A stretch of 20,160 bases of DNA from Octopus sinensis (Eukaryota): contig NW_021824022.1 of the NCBI RefSeq assembly GCF_006345805.1, forward strand, positions 1 to 20,160, in the 5' to 3' direction. A model generated the notes under the pieces. The model made no database searches, was not told the DNA's origin, and saw only the letters and a list, made by a program, of their open reading frames with translations. Positions 1 to 11,500 of this stretch are shown in pieces. Numbering within the stretch: the first letter of the stretch is position 1; each line of letters starts with the position of its first letter. A program made the translations under genes and the position numbers.

Positions 1-84
1 TCCAACTTGTATAAACAGGTATGGCGTATACATATATAAAATACAAATATATGTATAAATGAATATACATCTCTCTCTCAATAT

Positions 85-100
85 ACGTATTACATATATA

Positions 101-144
<44 letters not shown>

Positions 145-272
145 TATATATAGTATACATATATATGGTGTATATAATATGTATGTATATATACACACAC
201 GCGCGTGCACATGCACACATACATGTATATATATGTGTGGTGTGCATATATATATATATATATTATATATAC
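85..272. repeat. Compound (TA)n/(CA)n/(TG)n microsatellite
   Basis: Read directly; explains the YI/HT-rich ORFs at 59-374. Confidence 0.95.
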
Positions 273-577
273 ATGCAGTATTCGTTGCATTCACTCAAAA
301 TGACGTATTCTTCAGATTTGGTTTCATTATCACTAGTTTTCAGTTTGAATAAAGTTCTGCGCAATGCAAGATGACGTCACCGAGTTATTGACGAATGACT
401 GCCTCGAGTCACCTAATTCTCTATTTTAAACTCGCAAATTCTATTGCAAATGGCGTTATGTGCTATATACTTCGTTTAATTTATTAAATGACGGTGTACT
501 TTCAATGGAATATCAGAGAATTTACTGGAAAAGAATAAGAATGTAATAGTTATTATTTGACATCACCACTAAAATGC

Positions 578-1020
578 ACATTATCAGTACTATTATACAT
601 TATCAGTAATAACAGATATTATTAATGATATAAAACTTATACTTGATATTAGACATTATAAACTGATAATACCGGTGATGGTGGGCGCTATTTGTCATCA
701 TAGATGATATAGGAAATAATAGACATTATCAGTGAAATTAGATATTATCAATGATATTGCACATTATGAGTGATTATTAGACATTATAATATATATAAAT
801 ATTATCAGTGATATTAGATGTAATAAAATGATAGTAGACATTATGAGTGTTATTAACCATTATCAGTAATAACTGACAATATCAGTTACAGGAGACATTA
901 TCAATTATAATTGATACTATCAGTAAGTACAGACATTATCAGTATTAATTGACACTATCAGTGATAACAGACACAATAAGTGATAACAAATATTATAATT
1001 AATAATTGATATGATCTGAG
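578..1020. repeat. Degenerate 19-bp minisatellite, consensus about ACATTATCAGTGATATTAG, ~20 units
   Basis: Unit starts at 578, 597, 616, 635, 653, then 723, 742, 761, 781, 799, 818, 838, 857, 876, 895, 914, 933, 952, 971, 990. A 52-nt interruption lies at 671-722. Confidence 0.9.
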
Positions 1021-1282
1021 TTGATGGATTTTACAAATGATTTTGGACACTGTCTGTAATATGGGGCATTGTATACCTTGTTGCAAACATCTAATGTATT
1101 ATAACTGATTCCCAAGACATCAAGAGTATTAGCTGAATGAAGACCAAATGAAGGCAGCTTCTCGTGGTCGCTTGATATGTTAGAAATAGCAACTAAATAA
1201 CCCTTCTCCCTCTCATTTTGCCATAACGTATTATCAAAGAAGAAAAGGATATATTTGATAACGTATGTGCGCATGTAGTTTG

Positions 1283-1353
1283 TCTGGACAGCTGGAGCAC
1301 CTCAGTTATTAGGTCTGCTCGATTAAGGATTAAATCGGAGGTAGACAACCACA
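1283..1353 (+). mobile_element. Copy of dispersed ~70-bp retroposon 3'-tail element
   Basis: GCTGGAGC-N11-TAGGTCTGCTC matches the copy at 13029-13058 (GCTGGAGC-N11-TAGACCTGCTC); followed by a CAA-rich tract. Confidence 0.65.
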
Positions 1354-1500
1354 ATGATAATAACAACAGTAACATCAGCGTCACCACCAATCACAACTTT
1401 CGCACTACACCACCACCACCACACAACAACAACAACAACAACAAAGAAAACTGTAGCATCATCATCATCATTATCATCATTAACAACAAGCGCGGCAAAA
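1354..1500. repeat. Mixed (CAA)/(CAC)/(CAT) trinucleotide tract
   Basis: Read directly; source of the poly-H/T/S ORF at 1354-1548. Confidence 0.9.
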
Positions 1501-2407
1501 AAGAAACAAACAATAGCAACGATAAAAACATGTCTCGGAAATAATTAAACTGCTAATAAGGTAATATCCGATTGTTTACTTAGATTTCAGATTAATGGCG
1601 GCAAAGGTTTCCTTAGAAGGCCGTCATGATTCCAAGATCAATAATTCCTTAGAGACTGACAGTAGCAACAACCAAATTGTTGAATAGGGGACACACAAGC
1701 AAGAGTGTCACCCCCACCAACATTGACTGTGAAAGTCAAAACAGTTTTCCATTCCATTCATCAATAGATATATTTTGATAATAACCACATCGCTCTACAT
1801 ACTTTAATGGGTAAAAACACCCATTAAAAAAGGGAAAGAGAGTGGAAAGGTTTAAAGATAGAACAAAAATAAGACACACACACGCAAAAAAAAAAAAAAA
1901 TCTACGTATTTTCTTCGTATTTTTATTGAAAAGAAAATACGAAGAGGAAAATACGTTTGACAAATATAAAGTAAAGAAACAAACTGAAAATATGAACTAC
2001 AACGAAGGGAGAAAATCGATGAAGCTAAAAGTTTTGAATAAGATAAATAAAAGAAACACATAAAAAAAAATTTTTTTACATGTGAAAGTAATCGATAGTA
2101 GAAGCATCTGTCTGGTTTGATATCAGCGAGATCAAGTTATGGTAAATGGAATTGGAAAGAGATTTTGTTTCCGACCTTAAGATTAGTCAACGATTCAAAT
2201 AAATGATGTAAACCTGGTTAAGAGCATGTTAAAGACGAAATCGTGATAAAAAAAAATGCCTTCGTCTACAAAATGGCGAAATTTATGTATTTATGAAGGA
2301 ACAAAGTCTGAATGTATGTCTAGGTTAATAATGAAAACATAGCAACAGAATAAGGGTAGGGAAAAAGAGGAGAGTAAGAAGAATGGTGAACTAATTAGGG
2401 CATGATA

Positions 2408-2560
2408 TGTATATATGTTGTATGTATGTATGTATGTATGTATGTATGTATGTATGTATTTATGTATGTATGTATGTATGTATGTATGTATGTATGTATT
2501 TATGTATGTATGTATGTAGGTATGTTAGTATGCATGTATGTATGTAAGTATGTATGTGCG
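2408..2560. repeat. (TATG)n microsatellite
   Basis: Read directly. Confidence 0.95.
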
Positions 2561-2567
2561 TATATGG

Positions 2568-2673
2568 CTCCGGGTTCAGCCCTGCTGCGTAGCACCTTGG
2601 GCAGGTATCTCCTACTATAGCCTCGGGCCGACCAAATTCTTGTGGTAGGATTTAGTAGAAATAAATGAAAGAA
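2568..2673 (+). mobile_element. 5'-truncated tRNA-type SINE fragment (second family)
   Basis: B-box-like GGGTTCAGCCC followed by CACCTTGGGCAGG, a CORE-like CCTTGGGCAAG motif. The family is recalled from octopus repeats, not searched. Confidence 0.55.
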
Positions 2674-2764
2674 TGGAGTCGAACGACGATTTAACAAAAT
2701 TCCTTTATTCTCGACATATGTTTCGAAGACTGCATATTCTCAATTCCTGCATATTCTCATATTC

Positions 2765-2838
<74 letters not shown>
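2765..2838. repeat. (TA)n-(TG)n-(TC)n compound microsatellite
   Basis: Read directly. Confidence 0.95.
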
Positions 2839-2844
<6 letters not shown>

Positions 2845-3614
2845 CCAACGATTAGGCCAGCTCACTGCCTTGACGACAACGACATCATAATCAACAAGAA
2901 CAATATTTAACCATAGTACTACATGATAAGATTTTCCCTGCTTCATTATCAATGGTCTGCTCGAGGTCGGCCCCTTAATTGTCAGCTAACATCTTGATTT
3001 AAGTGTTTCCTTTACCAAATCTTATGATATTGCTTCTAATAAATCTTGATTTTTATGACTATACCCACTATGATTTCTGTCGACTCCCTCAGCCCTACCC
3101 CAAACAGACACAGCCCTTGTTCTCTCGACCTTAGATATACAAGGATTTGATAAAAACTAGTCTATAAATTAAAACTGACCCCGTAAAACAGTGACTAGCA
3201 AAATCTGTAACAAGCCTTTCTTCCTGATACCTTAGTAGCTTCTAAGTCGAAGGAAAGGCAGCATGTTCTTTGTCTATCTAATTTTAAGTAAAATTATAAA
3301 TTATACTAATGTGTCCATCTGTTTTAATCTAATTAAATTCTGTCTTTGTGCAGCTGGGGATTGCTCTGCATTTAAATTGATGTAATGGTTGCATTGCTCA
3401 ATTAAATGAAGTTGCATGAAACGATCGTACTGCATTACCTCTGGATATACTTGTTGCCTATTTTGATTTTAATCACCTTATTTTGAAATTGTCTGGATAA
3501 TACCATACTAAATTCTAGTGCCTCGACTCAAGTACCATATTCATCTGAATCTAAATTTTTACTATATATATATATATATATATACATGCATGTGCATATT
3601 TATGCGTGTGTACA

Positions 3615-3790
3615 TGTGTCTGTGTTTGTATCCTTCTACCGCTTGACAACCTATACTGGCATGGTTATGTTAACGTTAACTAGCGGTTCGGCAAAAGTGA
3701 CCGTTAGAACAAGTATTTGGTTTGCAAAGAATAAGTCCTGGGCGGTTCCTTAGCATTGCCTCAGTCAAATGACTGAAACAAGTAAAATAA
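3615..3790 (+). mobile_element. Degenerate SINE 3' portion
   Basis: GCTTGACAACC...TAGCGGTTCGGCAAAAG...CAGTCAAATGACTGAAACAAGTAAAA. Its GGCGGTTCCTTAGCATTGCCT segment matches the reverse complement of 4682-4702 at 15/21 nt. The family is recalled, not searched. Confidence 0.55.
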
Positions 3791-4137
3791 TAAACGAATA
3801 GAAGAACATGTATATATCCACATATCCATATGTACGTTTACATTCACACTCACACAATTACAAGTATAATGATTTTTGCTGGAATAAAATTGAAAGATTA
3901 TATTTTCCCAAGAAAAGCAAAACATCGAAGCAACATAAATAAAAAAAACATAAGCAAAAAATAATAATTAATAAATGAGATTAAATAAAAGAAACTTCCA
4001 AGACATGCTTCTCTGCTGCTTGAGTAATATTGTATAGAATATTTTGATAAGGATTACTTCAGAGTTCTTCGATAGTATCTCAACAATATTTTACTAGTAT
4101 TGTTATCTGATGATGGTCTATAGAGATATTACGGTGT

Positions 4138-4139
<2 letters not shown>

Positions 4140-4194
<55 letters not shown>
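4140..4194. repeat. Pure (TA)n
   Basis: Read directly; a second (TA)n tract lies at 4353-4395. Confidence 0.95.
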
Positions 4195-4197
<3 letters not shown>

Positions 4198-4293
4198 ATA
4201 TGTGACAATTATTCGGTAGCCATGATAAAACTCCGAGATTCGAACGCCGAGGTGGAGTTTTATCTTGGCTACCAATAATTGTCACATATTACA
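4194..4293. repeat. Inverted repeat, 41/40-nt arms with a 19-nt spacer
   Basis: Left arm TGTAATATGTGACAATTATTCGGTAGCCATGATAAAACTCC; reverse complement of right arm TGTAATATGTGACAATTATT-GGTAGCCAAGATAAAACTCC (39/41). Confidence 0.95.
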
Positions 4294-4350
4294 TTTACAG
4301 ATAAATTCCTCTATTTACATAGTATTCTTGTGTTGCCTTACCATTTTTAT

Positions 4351-4384
<34 letters not shown>

Positions 4385-4395
4385 ATATATATATG

Positions 4396-4602
4396 TAGTT
4401 AATCCAAACATAAAAACACAAAGAGAAAACAGAACAACGCGAGGACGTGGAACAAATATAGTATTAATGGACGCTCAGGAAGGAAGGGAAGAAGGAGGGT
4501 TTAACGTTTCGAGCGGAGCTCTTCGTCGGAAACATAGGAAAAGGAAAGATCCAGATAAGGGAAGGCGGAGGAAAAAAAATCGCCAACGGTACACACGCGG
4601 TC
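4396..4602 (-). mobile_element. Penelope-like (PLE)-derived non-autonomous repeat / terminal-repeat fragment
   Basis: Sits directly after a (TA)n tract and carries a minimal hammerhead motif with the extra A after the CUGANGA box, as is typical of PLE terminal repeats. No RT or GIY-YIG ORF is present. Confidence 0.55.
4499..4533 (-). ncRNA. Minimal type I hammerhead ribozyme motif (variant core)
   Basis: Minus strand reads GTTT CCGACGA A GAGC TCC GCTC GAA ACGT T AAAC: stem I GUUU/AAAC, stem II GAGC/GCUC, palindromic ACGU stem III. The core is CCGA rather than CUGA and the cleavage triplet is GUU. Confidence 0.7.
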
Positions 4603-4681
4603 ACATTATATATACACGATCGGACTTCCAGAACTAATTCTTTGTAATCATTTGTCTCCCGATTTCACACATTGGAAAATA

Positions 4682-4740
4682 AGGCCATGCTGGGCCACTG
4701 CCTTTGAGGGTTTAGTCAAACTTTTTGATCTCAATACATG
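4682..4740 (-). mobile_element. SINE tail fragment
   Basis: Reverse complement GACTAAACCCTCAAAGGCAGTGGCCCAGCATGGCCT resembles the + strand tail at about 3742-3765. Confidence 0.45.
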
Positions 4741-4819
4741 TTATTATGTAAATGTAGAACCGAAAACAGGTAGCTTATACAAAGAACAAGCTAAACCAGA
4801 GGCATGAAGCCAAGGATGT

Positions 4820-4990
4820 AAGCATATATACATACAACCCAGCATATATACACACACACATGCATATACACATACACACAAATGCAGTCATACATGCATG
4901 CATAAATGCACACATACATTCGCATACTTATGACATATACATTTGCATACATACACACACAAATACACACGTATACATAGACATTCACAC
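4820..4990. repeat. Degenerate (CA)/(TA)/(CATA) low-complexity tract
   Basis: Read directly. Confidence 0.85.
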
Positions 4991-5369
4991 ATGAAAATGA
5001 GTTTGTTTTATTTCCTGCTACAAAGCGCATGGAGTTATAAACATTTAAAATATGAGAATAGCCAAGAGATGGTGTTCGGAATGTTGCATTAGAAACGTTT
5101 GTTAGTTTCTTATATTTCGGGTATAATACCCCTTGAGGAAGTAAAAATTTTAAAGCAACATAAAAAAAGAAAGAAGAGTTATAAATCTATGCCAGTGCAT
5201 CGGTTACAAAAAGGATTGACAATACGTGGGAGATTGTATATGATGTGTGTATTTGAAGAATTAAGTAAAACCGCCATTCACAACTGCAGAAGTAGTAGTT
5301 CCAGAGGTTGTAGTACTCTTAGAAGCAGTAGGATAAACCTTCATTCAATGTCGTTATGAAAGTATTAAT

Positions 5370-5530
5370 ACTAATACTAGTATATGTGGCAACAGCGGCG
5401 GTGGTTGTGGTTGTGGTGGTGGTGGTAGTAGTAGTAATACAAGCAGCTGTATTGGTTGTAGTGGTAGAAACAGGTCCTGGTGGCATTGGTAGAAACTGCA
5501 ATGACTGCAGGACCAATAGTAGTAGTAGAA
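5370..5530. repeat. (GTA)/(GTG)/(GTT) trinucleotide tract
   Basis: Read directly; source of the poly-V and poly-T ORFs. Confidence 0.85.
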
Positions 5531-5564
5531 GCAGAAGATGGTTAAATTAGGAACCCTGCATACA

Positions 5565-5599
5565 CAGATATATATGTATAAAATATATATATATACATA

Positions 5600-5677
<78 letters not shown>

Positions 5678-5716
5678 CTATATATACACGTACATACATA
5701 CATACACTCCCATATA

Positions 5717-5758
<42 letters not shown>

Positions 5759-5950
5759 TTTATGTGTATATGTATTATATATGTATAAACATAACTGTAT
5801 ATACATATACACTTATGTATATTTTATGCATCTAATATACACTGTACATGTGTATGTAATAAATATTTATACACATACGTGTGTGTGTGTGTGTGTGTGC
5901 TTATTTATGTGTGTGTTTGCATGGGTATGTATGTTTGTACGTGTGTGTAT
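5565..5950. repeat. (TA)n/(TATG)n/(TG)n compound microsatellite
   Basis: Read directly. Confidence 0.9.
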
Positions 5951-6104
5951 GTGTTCGCTTCAGTTATGTACTTTTGGCCCTACATCCTCGATAATGGTTT
6001 AAAGTGATGAAATATGACGATGTGAGTGTGGCTTTGCATATTTTAACATCTCCAGGACAACAGTATCGGAGCAGCGAAGATATGTTATGAATCTGTTCAA
6101 CAAG

Positions 6105-6165
6105 CATCACACACAGGTACACACACACACACACGCACAAATACACACTCATATATAGTATATAT

Positions 6166-6241
<76 letters not shown>

Positions 6242-6258
6242 TATATGTATAGTATATA

Positions 6259-6293
<35 letters not shown>

Positions 6294-6345
6294 ATAGTAC
6301 TATATAATATACATATATATATATGTATATATGTATGTATGTATG
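6105..6345. repeat. (CA)n-(TA)n microsatellite
   Basis: Read directly. Confidence 0.95.
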
Positions 6346-7124
6346 TATTCGGACGTACACCATTTGCTGACATCAATACTTCCTAAACCATAATGCCTTT
6401 CTCTTTTTCATTATTTATTTTGGTTCATTTATTCGTATTTATGTGATCATCGATATAAATTTTTCCTCCCTTAAATTTTGATATTATTTGATTGAAATTA
6501 TTTTAAAGCAATTAGATTATAATTTTCACTTTGACATTTTAAATTAATTATTTTTTGCAGACGTTATTATGTAAAACAATGGCAGCCTTGCTCTCTTACA
6601 GAAATTCTAAAATTGGCAGGAAACACTTAACATTTTCTCTCCTGCAAGAGAAGTGATTATATTTAACTAGAAACTTCGATTTAAACGAACATAGCAATTA
6701 ACGAACAATCTCGATGAATAGCAAAAACAACAAACAAAAAAATTAACGTGCAGAGTCACTCTCAAATAAATGGGACACACTCTAGGTCGATCCTTCCCAG
6801 CTATGCTTCATGTTTGCTTTGAAAAGCAAAACCCGGATGTTTAATGATTTTTATTTATTTTTGTATTTATTCCTTTTTGATTATTTTGTTTTGTGTATTT
6901 TGTTGTATTATTCATATATTTTTGTTTGTTTTATTTTTTGTTTTCAGTTTTCGTTATATATTTTTTTTTCATTAAACTTGATCCAAGGTCTTTTTTTTAA
7001 AATTAAATTAAGGAACGGAGTGTCGTTTTAGTACATACACCAAGCAAGACGCATACAGAAATGCATATGAACATCTGTACACACAGATTCACACAAACAG
7101 ACAGACATGCACATACACACATTG

Positions 7125-7320
<196 letters not shown>

Positions 7321-7744
7321 CTATCTATCTAACTATATGTCTGTCAATCTGCATATCAACATGCACGCATGTACATACTTATACTAACACCAATACTCAC
7401 ACATACACACCTATACACATATACACATACATAAGTACACCTGTCATTGATTACATTTTAGAACAGCTTTCAGCATGATATCGATCCAGGCTCACTATAT
7501 TCAACTAACCTACACACCTTGCCATACCAAACGTTCTTCGCATCATTCCTCACCATTCTTACACCATTCCTTATCATTCTTACTTTTACATCAATGACTT
7601 TCACTCGTCACAGGAACATGACACACAGCATTTTTGCATGTCTTCTTTTCTTTCTTTCTTTCTTTCTTTCAACGTTTGCCTCCTTTTTCACTTCTGTCTT
7701 TCCTTTTCGTCTGCATTTTTTATCGAAGGTCTTCTTCTTCCTCT

Positions 7745-7850
7745 TATTTCTTCCTCTTCTTCTTCTTCTTCTTCTTCTTCTTCTTCTTCTTCTTCTTCTT
7801 CTTCTTCTTCTTCTTCTTCTCATGCTGCTGTTATTGTTGTTATTCCTACC

Positions 7851-7910
<60 letters not shown>
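7745..7910. repeat. (TCT)n followed by (TTA)n
   Basis: Read directly; source of the poly-L/S/F/R/N/Y/I ORFs at 7519-7982. Confidence 0.95.
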
Positions 7911-8549
7911 GACTCTCTTAGTGTGAAGACGTTTATTTGATTCCCTTTGCGAAAGACTTTTTTTTATTTCAAGGATTATCAAATTGTTTTTTTTGTTTTT
8001 GTTTTTGACTACTTGCTAAAACAGACTATGATTACATAAGAAAAGCCTACCCACAGTATCTGGTAGGTAGAGAAAAAGCAAACCCAAACTGTTTGTTTTA
8101 TGAACTTTTAAAATGTATTTATTGACAGACATTACATTCTCACATCCAAAATGGCCGCCAAACATTGATATGCCACAGGACCGAACACCGAAACAGGAAA
8201 CGACGAAAAAAGAAACCAACTCAAAATCAAAAGAGAAGAGAAGGAGACAGTGAACAATTTATTGGCCGATTGTTAGATAAAAATAAAAATACCTCCAATA
8301 CTCGAACAAGTAACTTTGAAGAAAACGATAATAATAATAATAATAATAACGACTACAACAAGTCCTTTCCACAAAGTTAAACACTGTAACTCGTTCATAA
8401 AATACTTGTGTGAGAGTGAATGTTCTCTCAATACAAACTGAATAAACAAACTTTTTGACCTGTCACAGTTTCTAGAAAAAAAATGTGGTTGGGAAAATTT
8501 TGTTTGGTGAAACAGTATTTCTTTGCTACATGGTCTATTCCAGGAGAGT

Positions 8550-8630
8550 AAGAGAGAATAAGAAAGAGAAAGAGAGTGGAGGAGAGAGGGAGTGAGGGAG
8601 AGAGAGAAAGAGAAAGAGAGAGAGAGAGAG
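8550..8630. repeat. (AG)n purine tract
   Basis: Read directly. Confidence 0.9.
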
Positions 8631-9151
8631 GTGAAAAATTATATAACTGTGCTGCTGTAAGGACGGGTGTGAACTAAAACTGCTCTCACAGTAAGTGTTC
8701 AATAAGTACTTCGAGTGATCTCGGAAGAAATAATCTCATCAGAAAAAGGCAACATTTATGCACAATCAGAGATATTTCTGACTATACATTTGGACCCCAG
8801 TACATAAGTTGTTAAAATACGAGAGTGACGAGAATGATACTGGACATGGCGTAGCTCCATGACGTGTGGTGACTTAGAAATGTAGTATAGGCGAGTGGGT
8901 GAGCCAGGCAGAGAGCATGCGGTTGATAATAGACGACATGACAGTCTTGTGGTCTGCATTTGTTGAAGTATGAATCACTAAAGAGCTAATTGCATTTAGG
9001 AAACTGAAATGATCAAGGACAACTGAGACAACATCAAGAACAACGATGTCATTTTCCAGAGCACTATCACCCAAAACCTTTCAAGATGGAATGAGAAATC
9101 TCTTTCTGATTAATAATAAGAATTAATAATCAAACAAGCCATTATCTAATA

Positions 9152-9387
9152 TTCTTTTCACTCTAGGCACAAGGCCCAAACTTTTTGGGAGAAGGGGCCA
9201 GTCGATTAGATTGACCCCAGTGCGTAAATGGTACTTAATTTATCCACCCCGAAAGGATGAAAGGCAAAGTCGACCTCGGCGGAATTTGAACTCAGAACGT
9301 AGCGGCAGGCGAAATACCTATCTCTTTACTACCCACAAGGGGCTAAACACAGAGAGGACAAACAATGACAGGTAAACGGATTAAGTC
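9152..9387 (-). mobile_element. tRNA-type SINE dimer remnant: headless body 9152-9318 plus tail fragment 9319-9387
   Basis: Near-identical to the array units at 11716-12495 (CCCCGAAAGGATGAAAGGCAAAGTCGACCTCGGCGGAATTTGAACTCAGAACGTAGCGGCAG). On the minus strand the B-box reads GAGTTCAAATTCC. Confidence 0.9.
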
Positions 9388-9672
9388 TCTCCCTTACACT
9401 CTCCTCCTTTCCCCCTACACTTTCCGACGCTCACCTACACTCTCCTCCACTCATCTACACTCTCTTACTCTCCTCAAAACTCTCTTCCTCTCCCATTTCT
9501 TTCGTGTCCGAATCTACAGAAATACCTAAGATTTGTTGCATAACAAACAGGAACAAACTTTAAAAAGCCCACAAGACCTGAATAAAGATATAAAAACAAG
9601 CAACAACGAAACCGAGCAAATGGAATAAATAACGTAAAGAATTCTCTAACGATTTCACTAATTTACCGCCTT

Positions 9673-9878
9673 CAGTCATGTCTGGAACATCTTTGATCAG
9701 CTCGAGTGGATCAAGTTTTAGGCTCGGGGCTAAACAACAACAGGGAAGGACACATTTAGCTAATGCAGTATTAGATTTGATCTGTCTGATTAAATAGAAA
9801 AATGAGGTGGCCATGTTTTAGAAACCTTTGATCAAGAGTTTGCTGTGTCAAGGAGACTCGGGGCTAAAGAAAAATAAC
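9673..9878 (+). mobile_element. Two tandem copies (~134-nt period) of the ~70-bp tail element
   Basis: CTTTGATCA at 9691 and 9826; CTCGGGGCTAAA at 9723 and 9857; each followed by A/CAA-rich sequence. Confidence 0.75.
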
Positions 9879-9879
9879 G

Positions 9880-9970
9880 GTAACAATAACAGCAACAACA
9901 GCTGTAGTAATAACAACAACAACAACAAAAACAAAAGCAACAGCAGCAGCAGCAACAACAACAACAAGAT
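9880..9970. repeat. (CAA)/(CAG) tract
   Basis: Read directly. Confidence 0.9.
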
Positions 9971-10279
9971 GAGTAAAAACCAACAAAAGATTGATGTCAT
10001 CAAAAGATAAACTAAAGCCTTAACCACGTGTTTATTTCGATTCTTTAATGTGCTTTTGTAATAATATGACGGATATTACGCAGGCAGGCTGTAGAAAGAC
10101 AATAATGTCGGAAATATAACAGCTTTGAGAAACTAATATATTCTCTTCTTGATAATAAATTGCTGTTGTTGTTGTGTCCTTAAATTTTCCATTTTATAGT
10201 TTTTCTTAAAAAAAGTTACTTCTTTTAGCAAATTTTTCGGCTTTCATTTGATATTTATCTTCTCTATTAAACTGACGTA

Positions 10280-10353
<74 letters not shown>

Positions 10354-10375
10354 CATCCATCCATCTATCTATCTA
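10280..10375. repeat. (TCTG)n-(TCTA)n-(TCCA)n
   Basis: Read directly. Confidence 0.95.
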
Positions 10376-10664
10376 TTTTTCTATCTCACTATCTTGCCTT
10401 TACATCTCTCCTTTATAGTGTATTTTTTTTCGTTCAAATTTCTTTTCTATCGTATCTTCTCTCCACTTTCTCACTCTCTCACTTCCCTTCCACTTATCCT
10501 CTCATTTTGTTTTGAATATATTTACTGAACATCATAGAATAAAAAATGACATATTTCACACTAATAAAACTTATCTTAAATATACACAAGGAGCCAATAA
10601 ATAAACGAAACAAATATATACATATATATATATACATGTATATAAATATATAAGCAGAAAACAA

Positions 10665-10760
10665 CTCACACGCACTACAACACACACAGACACACGCCAC
10701 ACACACACACACATTCACACACACACACATACACACACATTCACACACACACACATACGC
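10665..10760. repeat. (CA)n
   Basis: Read directly. Confidence 0.9.
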
Positions 10761-10904
10761 ATAAATCTATATAAAAGCAGGAAAAAACATCAGAAAATAT
10801 GTTGGAAACGAGTTTTATCGTCGTTCAACTGTAAGACAAATATTTGGTTTCTTATAAGTTTTTCGTTTCATGTAAGACATTTTAGTTCGACATGACAGTC
10901 AATT

Positions 10905-11020
10905 GAACAACAACAGCAGCAGCAGCAGCAACAACAACAACAATAACAACAACATAAGCAACTAAAATAACAGTATCGACATCAATAATATCACAACCAA
11001 CATCAACAACCACAACAACA
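10905..11020. repeat. (CAG)/(CAA) tract
   Basis: Read directly. Confidence 0.9.
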
Positions 11021-11067
11021 AAAGCGACAGTTTTTAGAAGTGATCGTTCTCTGCCGTTGTGTTTGTT

Positions 11068-11500
11068 TAGCGAGTGGTATAACAGTATTTCTGTGAGATC
11101 GGTATCGCAGGGTTCTGAGTTCAAACCGAACAGCGTGTGATCTGTCAAATAAACGAAGGTAATGCACTTGGGAGCTTTTCTGTTGTACAGTACAGGATTT
11201 CATGAAGGAGCATCGGCCTGGTCTCCCAGCCCCCTAAAGTGTCTTCGGAGTATATTTTGAATAATGTAGTCTTAGATGCACTATGAATGAATAAAAGATG
11301 GCGTAGTCACCGCTGAAATCGTTTTGATAAGAGGCCTGCTTAGTTACGGTTGACCTGGGGTTAAAAAACAACCAGGGAGAATAAATTACATAACGTAATT
11401 TGAAGATAAATAATCTGAAAAAAAAATGGAATGGTCACGGATGGAACATTTTAAACCATAGATCTGCAGGATAAGAAGTAACTTGGAACTAAATAACAAG
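11068..11500 (+). mobile_element. Old tRNA-type SINE with a duplicated 3'-tail element (third family)
   Basis: A-box-like TAGCGAGTGG (11068-11077) and B-box GAGTTCAAACC (11117-11127); tail copies at 11303-11373 and 11431-11500 (128-nt period). The link between head and tail is inferred. Confidence 0.45.

Noticed and set aside
578-1020. CRISPR-like array
   Set aside because: The units are contiguous and degenerate with no unique spacers, there are no cas genes, and the context is eukaryotic. The same applies to the 184-bp SINE array.
999-1274. 91-aa minus-strand ORF; TLDVLGISY faintly recalls LINE RT motifs
   Set aside because: Too short and weak, with no supporting motifs and a purine-rich, poor splice acceptor context.
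1580-1750. Candidate exons on either strand next to plausible AG acceptors
   Set aside because: All frames close within about 30 codons and give no recognisable peptide.
3325-3400. Good-looking acceptor TTCTGTCTTTGTGCAG (+)
   Set aside because: All three frames hit a stop within 12 codons; no support for a coding exon.
4107-4135. CTGATGA box suggesting a second hammerhead
   Set aside because: No GAAA and no closed stem II downstream; at best a decayed relic. The CTGATGA matches on minus near 8740 and 20055 also lack a valid core.
6056-6116. Possible 61-nt + strand exon (DNSIGAAKICYESVQQASHT)
   Set aside because: Fair acceptor but weak donor (GTACAC) in a CA repeat; unrecognised peptide with no partner exons.
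8880-9060. Possible Tc1/mariner transposase relic (YRRVGE, TVLWSAF, DVIFQ in different frames)
   Set aside because: The motifs are partial, the spacing is too short, there are several stops and no TIRs. A tBLASTn or HMM hit to DDE_3 would be needed.
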